A DNA stretch of 63,892 nt, counting the filler, from Chrysochromulina tobinii (taxonomy: Eukaryota), in NCBI GenBank assembly GCA_001275005.1. It is 7 parts of 7 records of this genome, joined end to end, with 100 filler letters (N's around TTAATTAATTAA, not from the genome) between each part and the next. Parts side by side here need not be neighbours in the genome. Positions count along the whole stretch, not along the records: positions 17,557 to 28,795 come from JWZX01000506.1; positions 28,896 to 33,972 come from JWZX01000507.1; positions 34,073 to 37,680 come from JWZX01000508.1; 4 more parts are not named here. One strand, 5' to 3'. Below, piece after piece: positions 24,704-36,676 of the stretch. Below the pieces are notes generated by a model. The model was given only the letters and a program-made list of their open reading frames with translations. It did not search any database and had not been told where the DNA came from. How positions within the stretch are numbered: position 1 is the stretch's first letter; each line of letters begins with the position of its first letter. The position numbers were made by a program, and so were the translations under genes.

Positions 24704-27544
24704 ATGATCTTGCGGCTTGGCGTGTCGCCAGCCATACTTGTGCCCGTGCTTGCAAGCGCCGGGATTGCCACTTTCGCAATACAGACGAAATGCTTCTCGC
24801 TGCGTGATCTCGTGTCGCGCACGCTCGTGGAGTTCGCGATGCTGCGTATGCAGCTCAGCCTAATGCACCTGGGCCTTGTGGGCAGTAGAACTTCGCTGGC
24901 TTCGTGGCGGCAAATGCAGCGCGACTTAGCCGCCCTGCTGGGGCTCGAGAAGCTTCGCCGACTGCACACTCGTGGCCTCATCGGCAGTCCGATGGAGCCG
25001 CCGCCCACGCCGCGCTCCATTCGCCTCGGCCCTTTTGGTTCTGTCCGGCTGCCACCTTTTCTTTCGCGTCTTGGTCCAGCGCCAGCGCCGCCGACAATGG
25101 CTGCCGGGGACAACATGGTGTTCAAAGATCTTGTTCTCGTTGGTGGCGGCCACTCGCACGCCCACGTGCTCAAGATGTGGGGTATGGCTCCGGAGCCGGG
25201 CGTGCAGTTGACGCTGGTGACGCGTGATCTGGACACGCCGTATTCGGGCATGCTCCCTGGCTACGTGGCGGGCGCGTACACGTGGCGCGAGTGCCATATC
25301 GATCTGGCGCGGCTCGCAGCCTACGCCGGTGCCCGTCTCGTCCACGCCGAGGCCTGCGGCCTCGACACGGCCAACAAGCGTGTTCTCCTCAAAGGGCGTC
25401 CACCCCTCGCGTACGATGTCATCTCCATCGATATTGGCTCCGCACCAAAGCCTGTAGCCCTCGCGCCGGACGCGAGTGCGGCCGATCCGGCGGCGGTCGC
25501 CGCACACCTGCCGTCGGTCACGCCGGTCAAGCCGATCGATGGCTTCTGCCGTCGCTGGGACGCGATCCTCGAGCGGGTATCCTCGTTTGATTGCCTCTGC
25601 CTTGATTTGCCTCTACTGGATGGCTTCAACGATTGCCTCTGCTTGATCCTGATGACCGCTGATGGTCCCTCTCCTCAGGTCCTCGCACTCCCCGAGGGCG
25701 ATCAGGCGCGGATCGTGGTGGTCGGCGCGGGCGCGGGCGGTGTGGAGCTCGCTCTCTCAATGGAGGGCAGGCTGCGTCGTGAGATCCACAAGCGAGGCCG
25801 CCGGCCTGCGTCCCTCGAGGTGACCCTGGTCGGTCGCCGGCTGATGCCGCAACACGCGGAGGGCGTGCGTCACATTTTTGAGGGCATGCTTGAGCGGCGT
25901 GGCATCAAGACGATCCTCGGTACGAGTATCGCGTACGCTACTCCGACACACCTGCACTGCTCCGACGGATCGACGATCCAGTACGACGAGGCGATCTGGT
26001 GCACCGCCGCCGGCGCGCAGAAGTGGTTGTACGAGACGACCCTTGCCCTCGATCCCGGTGGTTTCATCGCGGTGCACCCGACTCTCGAGTCGATCAACAC
26101 GCCTGGGGTCTTCGCGTCCGGCGACGTGGCAGCCGTGCTAGAGCACCCACGCCCAAAGGCGGGCGTCTTCGCGGTGCGCCAAGGCATGCCTCTCACCAAC
26201 AACCTGCGGCGCGCCCTTCGTGCAGAGCCGCTGGTGCCCTTCGTCCCCCAAGCTTCCTTTCTCGGACTCATCGGCGGAGGCGACGTGGCGACTTGCGTGG
26301 CCTCGCGCGGGCTGCTGGCATATGAGGCGCCGTGGCTGTGGACCCTTAAGGATTGGATCGACCGCACGTGGATGCATGCGTACACTGAGGGCCTGCCGCC
26401 TCCGATGATGACCAAGATGGCGCAGCCGCCACCCTCCGCCGTCGCTCTCGCCTCGGGCCGCGATGCTCTCGACGCGCTCGCCCATGCGTCGATGCGCTGC
26501 GGCGGTTGCGGCGCCAAGGTAGGCGTGTCAGTGCTGCAGCGGGTGATGGCCCGGCTTCGTGAGGGCGATCACCTGCCGCCCGATCCGCCGGAGGTGCTTC
26601 TTGGCCTCGACTCGCCTGACGATTGCGCCGTCCTCGCCCCCTCGAAGCTCGCGTCGGTCCACACGGTGGACTTTTTCCGCGCTCTCATCGACGACCCGTT
26701 CGTCTTCGGCCAGATAGCCTGCAATCACGCCCTCTCGGACTGCCATGCGATGAACGCGAAGCCGACGGGCGCGCTCGCGATTGCGGTGGTGCCCTTTGGG
26801 CTGGACGCCAAGGTCGAGGAGTCTCTCTTCCAGATGATGGCTGGCGCCGCTAAGGCGCTTCGAGAATCAGGATGCCCTTTGCTCGGGGGTCACTCGTGTG
26901 AGGGAGCGGACCTCTCGCTCGGCTTCTGCGTCACTGGAAGCATCGAAGCGTCCCACGTGCTTCGTAAGAGCGGACTGAAGGCGGGTGACAAGCTCGTGCT
27001 CACCAAGCCGATCGGGACTGGAGTGCTCTTTGCCGCGCACATGCGGGGGGCGGCGCAGGGCGCCCATATGGCCGCCGCCACGCGCGGCATGCTCACGTCG
27101 AATGCAGGGGCGGCGCGTGTGCTCGCGGAGCACGGGGCGACGGCTTGTACCGACGTCACGGGCTTCGGACTCCTGGGTCACCTGTTTGAGATGGCTTCGG
27201 CATCGCGAGCCCGTGTGGCGCTCGACATGGCGCGACTGCCGCTCCTTCCGGGCGCGCTTGACCTGGTGACGAGGGGCTACATGTCTTCCCTACAGCCCTC
27301 TAACCTTCGGCTCCGTCGTGCCATCGCGAATGAGCAAGCCGCCCTCGCCCATCCTGCTTACCCTCTCCTGTTTGATCCGCAGACCGCGGGAGGGCTGCTC
27401 TCTGCAGTACCGGCCGCCCAGGCGGACGCCTGCGTGAAGGCGCTTGTGGCCGCTGGCTACGGCGAGACGGCCATCGTGGGTGAGGTTCTACAGGTACTCG
27501 GCGAAGGGGTCTGCGTACCTCACCTCGTCGAATGCCGCCTGTGA
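24704..27544 (+). CDS. selD: Selenide, water dikinase fused to an N-terminal FAD-dependent pyridine-nucleotide oxidoreductase domain
   Basis: Oxidoreductase motifs LVLVGGGHSH, YSGMLPG, VVGAGAGGVE, KAGVFAVRQG. SelD motifs MRCGGCGAKV, DDCA, TVDFF, GGHS, TKPIG, TDVTGFGLLGH, DPQTAGGLL. Probable in-frame intron 25577-25678. Confidence 0.95.
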   Translation: MILRLGVSPAILVPVLASAGIATFAIQTKCFSLRDLVSRTLVEFAMLRMQLSLMHLGLVGSRTSLASWRQMQRDLAALLGLEKLRRLHTRGLIGSPMEPPPTPRSIRLGPFGSVRLPPFLSRLGPAPAPPTMAAGDNMVFKDLVLVGGGHSHAHVLKMWGMAPEPGVQLTLVTRDLDTPYSGMLPGYVAGAYTWRECHIDLARLAAYAGARLVHAEACGLDTANKRVLLKGRPPLAYDVISIDIGSAPKPVALAPDASAADPAAVAAHLPSVTPVKPIDGFCRRWDAILERVSSFDCLCLDLPLLDGFNDCLCLILMTADGPSPQVLALPEGDQARIVVVGAGAGGVELALSMEGRLRREIHKRGRRPASLEVTLVGRRLMPQHAEGVRHIFEGMLERRGIKTILGTSIAYATPTHLHCSDGSTIQYDEAIWCTAAGAQKWLYETTLALDPGGFIAVHPTLESINTPGVFASGDVAAVLEHPRPKAGVFAVRQGMPLTNNLRRALRAEPLVPFVPQASFLGLIGGGDVATCVASRGLLAYEAPWLWTLKDWIDRTWMHAYTEGLPPPMMTKMAQPPPSAVALASGRDALDALAHASMRCGGCGAKVGVSVLQRVMARLREGDHLPPDPPEVLLGLDSPDDCAVLAPSKLASVHTVDFFRALIDDPFVFGQIACNHALSDCHAMNAKPTGALAIAVVPFGLDAKVEESLFQMMAGAAKALRESGCPLLGGHSCEGADLSLGFCVTGSIEASHVLRKSGLKAGDKLVLTKPIGTGVLFAAHMRGAAQGAHMAAATRGMLTSNAGAARVLAEHGATACTDVTGFGLLGHLFEMASASRARVALDMARLPLLPGALDLVTRGYMSSLQPSNLRLRRAIANEQAALAHPAYPLLFDPQTAGGLLSAVPAAQADACVKALVAAGYGETAIVGEVLQVLGEGVCVPHLVECRL

Positions 27545-28895
27545 GCGGCGACGGCCTCGTGCACTGCTCGCCAGCGAGCGAGTAGACGAAGGGGGACTGG
27601 GGCATGTGAACGCCAGTGACCGAGAGAATCACAGGGGAATCTCAGGGGAATCACAGGGGATTCACAGAGGATTCACAGAGGATTCACAGAGGATTCACAG
27701 AGGATCCGATCACGCTGTCGCATGCGTGGGCACTCTTACTGGCACGGGCTTCCTGAACCGAACTCGCACTTGCTGATGACTGTGGTCGACTGGCGATGCG
27801 TGATTGGGTGTGGGGCAGGCTCGACGGTGTGTCCGGTCTGATAGGTGCAGCGTACGGTCCAACCTCTATGGTTGCGCTTGACGTGGGCTCAGCATAGCCC
27901 CGGCTGTCCCCCGCAGATGTGTGCGGGTGTGCTGCAGCACTGTCTTGTGCGAGGGAGCGGTGTTGCCCGGTGCAGCGCGTTTACTCCGGTCTCCGCTCGA
28001 CTGGCTCTGTGCCTCGCCTCTCACTCTCTCGTCTCAGGGGGATCTGTGGTGCGTGTCTGAAGCGTGTCTGTGTGGTGACTGTGCTGTGTGTCTGCGCCGT
28101 CTGGTGACGCGAGTCAGACGAGACGGGACACGGGTGAGTGGCCGGGTGTGTCCTGTCGTGACGCTCTCGTGTGCGCCCGGGATCGGGGGGTAAGCGGTAC
28201 ATTGTAACGACTAACCGGTCTGTCCTGTCAGGGGTGACCGGTGACGGGGCCCGGCGTGGCGGCATGGGGCCATGGCGTGGGATTGAGGTCGCAGTACGAC
28301 GACAGTCTACATATAATAGTTATACTACGAGTTTCAACACGGACGCACGGCTTACAGTCCATCACACGGGGGGGGGGCACTGACGTTCACGTCAGACTCG
28401 AATCACAACGACCCACCGCGCTGCACTGCCACTTCTTGCACTTCTAACCCTCACTCGCTGCACTGCAACTTCTCTTTGATGGGGTCCGAGTCGGTACTGA
28501 GATCTGAGTGCGCAGAGCTGTACAGGCTGTATACAGCTGTACGGTCTGTATACAGCTGTAATCTGTATACTGTACTTTGTGCAGCTGTGAGCTGCCACCA
28601 GCGCACCAGCGCACCAGCGCACCACGTGTTGGTGGCGGCCTCTGTACTTCCTGGCTGCGTGCATGCGCTTCCGTGGCGTTGGCCAGGCGTTGCAGTGTCC
28701 TCGTTTCCGGACTCATCCCTGTGGGGCTCGTCCTCCTCCTGAGAACTCCGTGCGTGCCTGGCTCTCACAGCGCAGATAACGATTGCGCACAGCGTNNNNN
28801 NNNNNNNNNNNNNNNNNNNNNNNNNNNNNNNNNNNNNNNTTAATTAATTAANNNNNNNNNNNNNNNNNNNNNNNNNNNNNNNNNNNNNNNNNNNN

Positions 28896-29633
28896 CGTGC
28901 CGCCGCCACCGAACACACCGCCGCCTGCGGGCGCCGGCGCAGTTGCAGCAGGTACAGCAGCACCGCCGCCGCCAAACGAAAAGCTGCCTGCGGGCGCTGG
29001 CACAGGTGCAGCAGCGCCGCCGCCGCCGAACAGACCGCCCGCAGCCGCAGGTGCAGTCGCGCCGCCGCCACCGAACATACCGCCGCCACCGAACATACCG
29101 CCGCTTGCGGGCGCCGGCGCAGTTGCAGCAGGTACAGCAGCACCGCCGCCGCCAAACGAAAAGCTGCCTGCGGGCGCTGGCACAGGTGCAGGAGCGCCGC
29201 CGCCGCCAAACGAAAAGCTGTTGGCGGGCGCAGGCGCCGATCTTGTTGGCACCAAGACACTCGACTGTCCACCGCCAAACAGACCGCCTGCAGCCGCGGG
29301 CGTAGGTGCAGCAGCGGCTCCTAACGAAAAGCCGCCTGGGGGCGCGGGCGCAGGTGCAGGAGCGGCGCCACACATGAAGCCGCCTGGTGCGGGCGTAGGT
29401 GCAGGAGCGGCGCCAAACGTAAAGCCGCCTGCGGGCGCGGGCGTGGACGCGGCAGCTGCAAACAAGGAGCCCTGGCGGACGGCCGTTGCGGGCGTCGTCG
29501 TCGCGCCGAAGGAGACAGCGGGCGCGGGTGCGCCGAATGCGGGTGCGCCGAATGCGGGTGCGCCGAAGGCGGGTGCGCCGCCAATGGGGGTGGGGGCTCC
29601 GAAGTTGAAAGGGTTCGGGTTAGGAGTAGCCAT
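28896..29633 (-). CDS. FG-repeat nucleoporin N-terminus, truncated by a gap
   Basis: Many FG/FSFG/GLFG/GMFG repeats in Ala/Pro/Gly spacers from MATPNPNPFNFG. Confidence 0.8.
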
Positions 29634-30035
29634 GTCTCGCGCAAAAAAAAGCTCGGTCCTCGCAGTTGTGCTGTGAAACACACGACGGTGAATGGTGTTT
29701 ATAAGAGAACTCCCTTGTTCAATTAGGATTCCTACATGTTCTTCAGCAGACTTCAGTCTACAAGACCTGGCCCCTAAACACGTGGCCTAAGTGGCCCCCC
29801 CCTCCGGGGGGGGCCGCCCCCCCTCCGGGGGGGCAACGCCCCCCCCTGAGGTTTCCCAACTTTTTGTAACCACCACACGGAAGTGAAGCACCCCACAGGA
29901 CACTTACCATGGCTGTGGACGCACTTCTGCTTCCGCGGACTGTGGGAAGACGAGATGTTTGCTCGTCAGGCTCGTCAGGGTGCACACCTCGATGGTCTGA
30001 AAGATCCTTGATCTTTCCTCTCGAGGGCTTCGCCG

Positions 30036-32901
30036 ATGTCGGCCTTTTTATGCCCGCCTTGCGACCAGCAAGGCCCTGCTTCAGTGGTGAGTGGCCTGCT
30101 GCAGCCCATTGAGCTGCCCCATGATGTCTCCTTGTCTGCCCAACGGATGCCGCGCTCACCATAACCCTAACCCTTCGTGTCCAGGCTAGCGCCGATCCCA
30201 AGGTCCGCCTTGCTCTCGCGCGTGAGGTTATCGCCAAGCTCATTGCGGGGAACAAGCGCTACGTCGACCACGAGAGCGGCAAGCGCGGTAAGGGCGATCT
30301 GCGCAACACCTCGGGCGTCGAGATGCTCGAGGACGACCCACTGAGTGGGGCGAAATCCCCGATGGCCGTCGTCATTTCCTGCGCACGCTCCTCCGGAGCC
30401 TTCGGTTCGGCGTGCACGATGTTTGACACTGCCCCTGGCGAGTTGCAGATGATCCGCACGATGGGCAGCAGCGTCGGCACTAGCGGCAGCATCATAGGTT
30501 CCATCGAGCTCTCTCTGGGGCTCTACGAGGCCGTCAACGAGCTGCCGCCGGTTGTGCTCGTCCTTGGCAACACGCAAAACGACGTCGTCGAGGAGGCTGT
30601 CATCCGTGCGATGACCGCCCAGGGCCGCGGAGACTCCTGCCCTAAGCCCAAGGTCTTCAAGGGTCAACAAGATGCCCCTCTCGTCCTCTTGGATCAGATG
30701 GTCAAGGTCGCACGAGACGCGCTGGACCAGCAGCCCAATGCCACGTTCATTCGCTTGTGCGAGCTCACGACCAAGCTCAACATGTACCAATCGATCGAGA
30801 ACATGATGATGTCATCTCGGTACATCTTCAACCTCGTAGCTGCCGAGCAGATCTGGCTGCTCGCAGGCGTCTTCGACATGGTGACGAAAAGGGTCTCGTT
30901 CCTCGGAGAGCATCCGTCCAAGGCCCGGCTCCTCAAAACTCCGCCCCCCTTCCACTACGTGCGCACGGCCGCCGACGAGGTGATGCCAGCGGAAGAGGCG
31001 CTCGCCGTCCTGTACTCTGGCAATCAGCGCTACATCTGTGGCCAGGGTGGCATTCTGAACCAGACAGTGGACCAGGTCCAGCTTCGCAACATGACGGCCG
31101 AGTCGGGGCAGAACCCTCAGGCGATCGTGCTTGGTTGCGCCGACAGCCGCGCCCCACTCGAGATCTTTTTCGATGTCAAGCCCGGCGACCTCTTCGTCCT
31201 TCGCAACGCGGGCAATACGTGCCCGTCGTCGCGAGACATGATGATCGGATCGGCCGAGTACGCGATCCTGGTCCTTCGCACCAAGCTGGTCGTGGTCACC
31301 GGCCACACGAAATGCGGCGCCGTCAACGCTGCGCTCCAAACTGTGCAGCAGTACGCCAAAGAGCGCGGCCTGGAGCATCTCACCCCTGAGGACATCACCA
31401 ACATGATCGCCTCGCTCGAGGGCTCGTCCGGATCAATTGGCAACGTGCTGCAAAACATCGTGCGCAACGCTGCGGAGGCCATTCGCCAGCTGCCGGACGG
31501 GACCATGAAGGAGCAGGCGGAGCTCGCCATCGAGATCAACGTCTTCTCGACCATTGAAAAGCTGATCCAGAATTCCGAAGTCTTGCGGAAGGGTGTGGCC
31601 TCGGGCGACCTGATGGTGCACGGCACCGTGTACAACATCTCGTCCGGTGCCGTGAAGTGGCTGGGGCCGCACCCAAGGCTCCAAGAGATCGTGCAGGCAG
31701 AGATGCCGTTACACGTGTGGAACACCACCCCGTACGTGCGATCCGAAGCCGCAGCGCCGAGCGCGGTGGTTGAGGAGATCATCACGCGTCTCAAGGAAGG
31801 CAACGAGCGCTTTATGAACGGCGAGACGCTCTCTGCGGATGGGCAGAACAAAGGCAGCCTGAGCTCCCTCGAAACGACCGTCGAATTCGAGGTCGGAAAA
31901 GTGACGAAGTTCGAGGACGGAATTGCCCCCCCCCCAGGCCGTGGAACCCTTGGTGGCAAACTCGGCAAATTGACGTCGGCCTCTCTCGATTTCCTTCCCC
32001 AATTTCCGAAGGCGCAGCCCACTAGCCCGAACAGCTCCAGCACCATCGGCCGTCGGGTTCGCAGCACGACGATGAGCAATCTGCTGGCCGGCATGCCCTC
32101 TCCTTCTTCGGCGATCGACCCGTTCGCCATCGTCCTCGCCGGCGCTGAGAAGAACACGGCGGTGGAGAGGATCTTCGATGTCCTCCGTACGCCCTCCCTC
32201 CTCTGTTGCTGCTTCGCCCGTTTCCATGCTGCTCCCCATGTCCGGCCCGGCCATCAGCTGAGACTGCGCGCACTTCTCGCAACGCTTCCGCCCTCCCTTT
32301 ACGCGTACCCCTCTCTCTGCGCGTACCCCTTCTCTCTACCCTTACCCCTCTCTGTACGCTTACCCGTCTCTGCATGCGACTTTTCGTGTTGTTGGCAGCG
32401 GGCGAGCTCGTCGTACAGCGCAACATGGGCTTCATCGCGGGCCGCCGGAACGGTCCGCTGCAGCTCGCGCTAGAGTACGCGGTCACGCGTTTCGCACCCA
32501 AGTTGCTCCTCGTGCTGGGTGAGACGGACTCGCAGGTGGTCATGAAAGCCATCGCCAAAGCCAGGGGTGCGCCCCCCACCAGCAACGGCATGTCGGTTCT
32601 GGACCGAGTCATGGTTTCGGCCATGCGCGCTATCCAACAAGTAGAGCTCGACGCTGCGACCTCGGCCGCTGGGCGCGAGCTCAAGATTCGTCACCTGACG
32701 ACGGAGCTCAATGTGCTCTACACGATCGAGCGCATCCTGAAGAACTCGGCCATCGTCCGGAACGCGGTGCGCGAGCATGGCCTCGAGCTGCAGGGCGCCA
32801 TCCTCGACAGCAGCGGCGAGGTCGAGTTCATCGGCGGTCACCCGATGCAGGCTGTGCTCATTAAAGAAGACGAAACACCCGATGCAGGCTGTCCTCATTA
32901 A
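30036..32901 (+). CDS. Beta-carbonic anhydrase with three tandem beta-CA domains
   Basis: Three GNxR(Y/F) domain starts; the middle domain has CADSR...GHTKCG. Introns 30087-30184 (tentative) and 32187-32398. Confidence 0.88.
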
Positions 32902-33700
32902 AGAAGACGAAACATCTTGTTGAAACACCCGATGCAGGCGTGCTGTGGTGTGAAGAATGCTCGACCCATTCAAATCGAACAGGGTGAGATCATTTCACGT
33001 TGCCACGGTAAGTGATCTCCTAGTGATCCCCCACGTGGCTCGTATCCGCGGAGAAGCGTAATGGTCATCGGGGAAGCAGCAGGGCTATTGACCTCGATGA
33101 TGAGGACGAGGCATGGTGAGGCGTGTTAGGCCCTTGGAGGTGTGTAAGGCGGCCAGCGAGTGCCTCAGTGCCACAGGCCACAAGTGGGATTCTGGGAGTG
33201 ATGCGTGGCGGGGCCCACAGGAGGGCGCCGCGCAGGCGGCGGCGCTCGCAGCGGCCATTGCGCGCCGAAGCAAAATTTGAGTGTTTGTAAAACGGTAAAA
33301 GTTGGGCCGTGGCATCTCGGTGCTCGTATTCGTACCGATCTCAGCGGGCGTGAGCGGGCGCGTGGCCGCCGGTACGCGTACGGTCGCGGGGGCGCGCTTC
33401 CGCCGGTTCCGGCCCGCTGCTCGAGGCACCGCCGAGATCGGTCGCCAGCGGTCCGGGTCGGTCCGGTCCACGTTCGGTCCGCGCGGCGGGCGAGACGCTC
33501 CGCTCTCGGCTCTGGCTCTCGACGGAGCACACAAAACGGTAAACGAGTAATAAGTCCCCCGCGATCCGGCGACAGGAATGAAAACCTGCTACTTGTTCTC
33601 TTCCACGCGTCCCGCACCTCTTTAGCACCTCTGGCCTACGACAGCTAAGGGCTATCCTGATACCGCGTGAACCCTGCCCTTTTGCTCCCGGTTCCCGCCG

Positions 33701-33972
33701 CTAATAGTTGGCGGCGTCTCCGGTCTCATACACGAGCAGCCGCATCAAAGTCGAGGTGCCCAGCATGGCGCCGATTGCGCCTATGCTCAAGACGGCAGCT
33801 TCCCAGTCGCCACCGACTGCGTGCACGAAGAGGCTCTCGCCCGGGTGCGCAGGCGGCAAGGGCGGCTTGGGCGGCTGTAGCGGTGGCGCGGGCGAGGGCG
33901 GGGGCGGCGAGGGGGGCGGCGGCCGCGAGGGCGGCGGCAGCCTGGGTGGAGGCCGCGGCGAGGGCGGCGGGG
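33701..33972 (-). CDS. 3' fragment of a Pro/Ser-rich (PPSP) protein with a hydrophobic C-terminal segment, cut by a gap
   Basis: Minus strand reads [13 protein letters not shown]...AAVLSIGAIGAMLG...ANY*. Confidence 0.4.
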
Positions 33973-35890
33973 NNNNNNNNNNNNNNNNNNNNNNNNNNNN
34001 NNNNNNNNNNNNNNNNTTAATTAATTAANNNNNNNNNNNNNNNNNNNNNNNNNNNNNNNNNNNNNNNNNNNNGGGACCGGGTTGTCGCGCTCACCAGGCT
34101 GCGTTTGTGTAGCTTTGATGAACCGCAATTCAACGTTTCAACGCGCGACCAGGTTTACGACAAAACTCAGGATCGTCGAAGCGAAATCTCAGAGGGACCC
34201 CTTTGAGGAGGGAAGGAGGTAGTTGAGCTTAGTTGAGCCGGCCCCGGCAAGCCTCAGAGGCACCCCTTTGACCCCGTGAGGACGGTAGTTGACGCCTACA
34301 TATAGTTGACGCCGGCCGTGCACAGCGCAACACCCCCCCCTGCGCTGTGACGGGTCAACCTCGGATCAAAGTGTTTTCTCCCATTTTGGTGACGCCTTTT
34401 TCGCACCGATGCCCATTGTGTAGCGTAACGACCGCTCGGCATGTCGAAGTTTTGATTTAAACGCTTCGTGACAGAGGCACAGAGCCTGTGTGACTTGGGC
34501 CCTGCCCCCGCCCATGGCACTCAGTTTGAAATCAGGGTATGAGGAATGGGTGCAAATCCAGATATCAATCCCTCCCCTATCCCCTTGCGTAAAATTGGTC
34601 CCACCTCATCACTCCCTGATTGTGATTCCCACATGTGGCCAATGGCACGTCTTGGCCACCGGCTGGCCGCCTTACGAGTACACATCTCCAAGTGCCTGAC
34701 ATGCCTCAAAGTGCCTCGTCCTCGTCAAACGGATCAACCAGGCTAATAGCCTGCTGCATCCCTGCCTCGGCCTCTTCGCGCGTCGATTCACTCAAGCACT
34801 CAACCTCGTCCCTCCCTCGTCCTCATTTGACCCACGCAAATCGATTTTCTCGGCCCCTTCTCGGCCCCTTCTCGGCCCCTTTTGAGTTGCTTCCTGTACT
34901 GTACTTCCTGTACGGTACAGTCACGCGACGCGACAGCGGCATAGACTTTGCTTCTGTGCAACAATAGTGCAACATAAAGGCGTCTGTCTATCAAAGCCAT
35001 TCAACGCAGCGTCCGTGCAAGACATCACGTCACGGTCGCCACATTGCCCTCTTCGTCGGCTGCCACGATCCAGAACGTTGACGCGCTGCCTCCGCGGTGA
35101 GCTCTCTGCTCGTGTGCAACGCGCGTTCAGCAGCAAGAGCAGCACACGGCTAGTACTGCCATCGCACCCAAGCTGCTAACAAGCAGCACGTCCATTTCGC
35201 CGTCCCATCTCTCTCTCCACGCGGTCGGTCGATGGAGCAACTATACACACTCATGCTCGCAATCGCCTTGCGTTTATTGTCGCTCATGCTCCTCGCAATC
35301 GCCTTGCACTCATCGTCGCTCTTGCTTGCAACAGACTTGCGCTCCGTCGACGCAATCGTTTTTACGTTGACACACGGTAATATATGTTTTAGTAATATGA
35401 CACACGGTATACCTCAGATCGACCAAAGCCAGAGCCCACGTCAAGGTCGCCATCGCCCTTCTCGTCCGCCGCCCGCGATCAAGTCCGTTGATAGAAGTCC
35501 GTTGACGCGCTGCCGCCAGGCAGCCCGATGCTCGTCGGGAAGGCGCTGTGTCGCCCACCTTGAGCAGCACTCGGCTGGCATTTGGCTAGCATTTGGCTGT
35601 GGCACTGCCATCGCTCCCAAACAGCATGTCATCCGTGCTCATGCTTGGTCTTGCGAGGAAGTCGACGGCATAATGCGAAACTACCTCCGCCCGCCCTGGT
35701 CCAGCCGAAGCAACAAGACTCCCGCGCAACACAGGGTCACGCTCGCCGCTCGCAGTCTCGCTCGCCGTTGCGGCGGGCTCCATAAGTATATAAAGGCACC
35801 CACACGCTGATCAACTTTCTCGGCCCCATTCTCCACGGCCCCTTTCGTTTGCTTCCTGCACAGTGCACAGTAAGTGCACAGTCTGAGCTA

Positions 35891-36676
35891 TGTTGAACCC
35901 CACTAATCACCTATGGGTGTTGAACCCCGGCATAATTATACCTGAGTGTTGAACCCCACTAATCACCTATGGGTGTTGAACCCCAGCTTAATTATACCTG
36001 AGCGTTGAACCCCACTGATTACCTATGGGTGTTGAACCCTGGCATAATTATACCTGAGTGTTGAACCCCACTAATCACCTATGGGTGTTGAACCCCAGCT
36101 TAATTATACCTGAGTGTTGAACCCCACTAATTACCTGTGGGTGTTGAACCCCACTTATTTATACCTGAGTGTTGAACCCCACTAATTACCTGTGAGTGTT
36201 GAACCCCACTTATATATACCTGAGTGTTGAACCCCACTAATCACCTGTGGGTGTTGAACCCCACTTATATATACCTGAGTGTTGAACCCCACTAATCACC
36301 TGTGGGTGTTGAACCCTGGCTTAATTATACCTGAGTGTTGAACCCCACTAATCACCTGTGGGTGTTGAACCCTGGCTTAATTATACCTGAGTGTTGAACC
36401 CCACTAATCACCTGTGGGTGTTGAACCCCACATATTTATTCCTGAGCGTTGAACCCCACTGATAACCTATGGGTGTTGAACCCAGGCTTAATTATACCTG
36501 AGTATTGAACCCCACTAATCACCTATGGGTGTTGAACCCCAGCTTAATTATACCTGAGTGTTGAACCCCACTAATTACCTGTGGGTGTTGAACCCCACTT
36601 ATTTATACCTGAGTGTTGAACCCCACTAATTACCTGTGGGTGTTGAACCCCACTTATTTATACCTGAGTGTTGAAC
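35891..36676. repeat. AT-rich minisatellite: about 29 GTGTTGAACCC cores forming about 14 dimeric units of 55-56 bp
   Basis: The core alternates with two linker types, ACTAATYACCTRTGG and (AG/GG/A)CWTAWWTATACCTGA. Confidence 0.95.

Noticed and set aside
26480..26520. Selenocysteine in SelD
   Set aside because: The codons are TGC (Cys); there is no in-frame TGA.
27627..27705. GGATTCACAGA-type tandem repeat
   Set aside because: Simple 10-11 bp minisatellite downstream of selD with no further structure.
34073..35880. Possible transposase next to the minisatellite
   Set aside because: Only short interrupted ORFs with no recognisable motif.
35891..36676. CRISPR or TIGR-like guide array
   Set aside because: The linkers are variants of two fixed sequences rather than unique spacers, there is no cas- or Nop-like gene nearby, and the context is eukaryotic.
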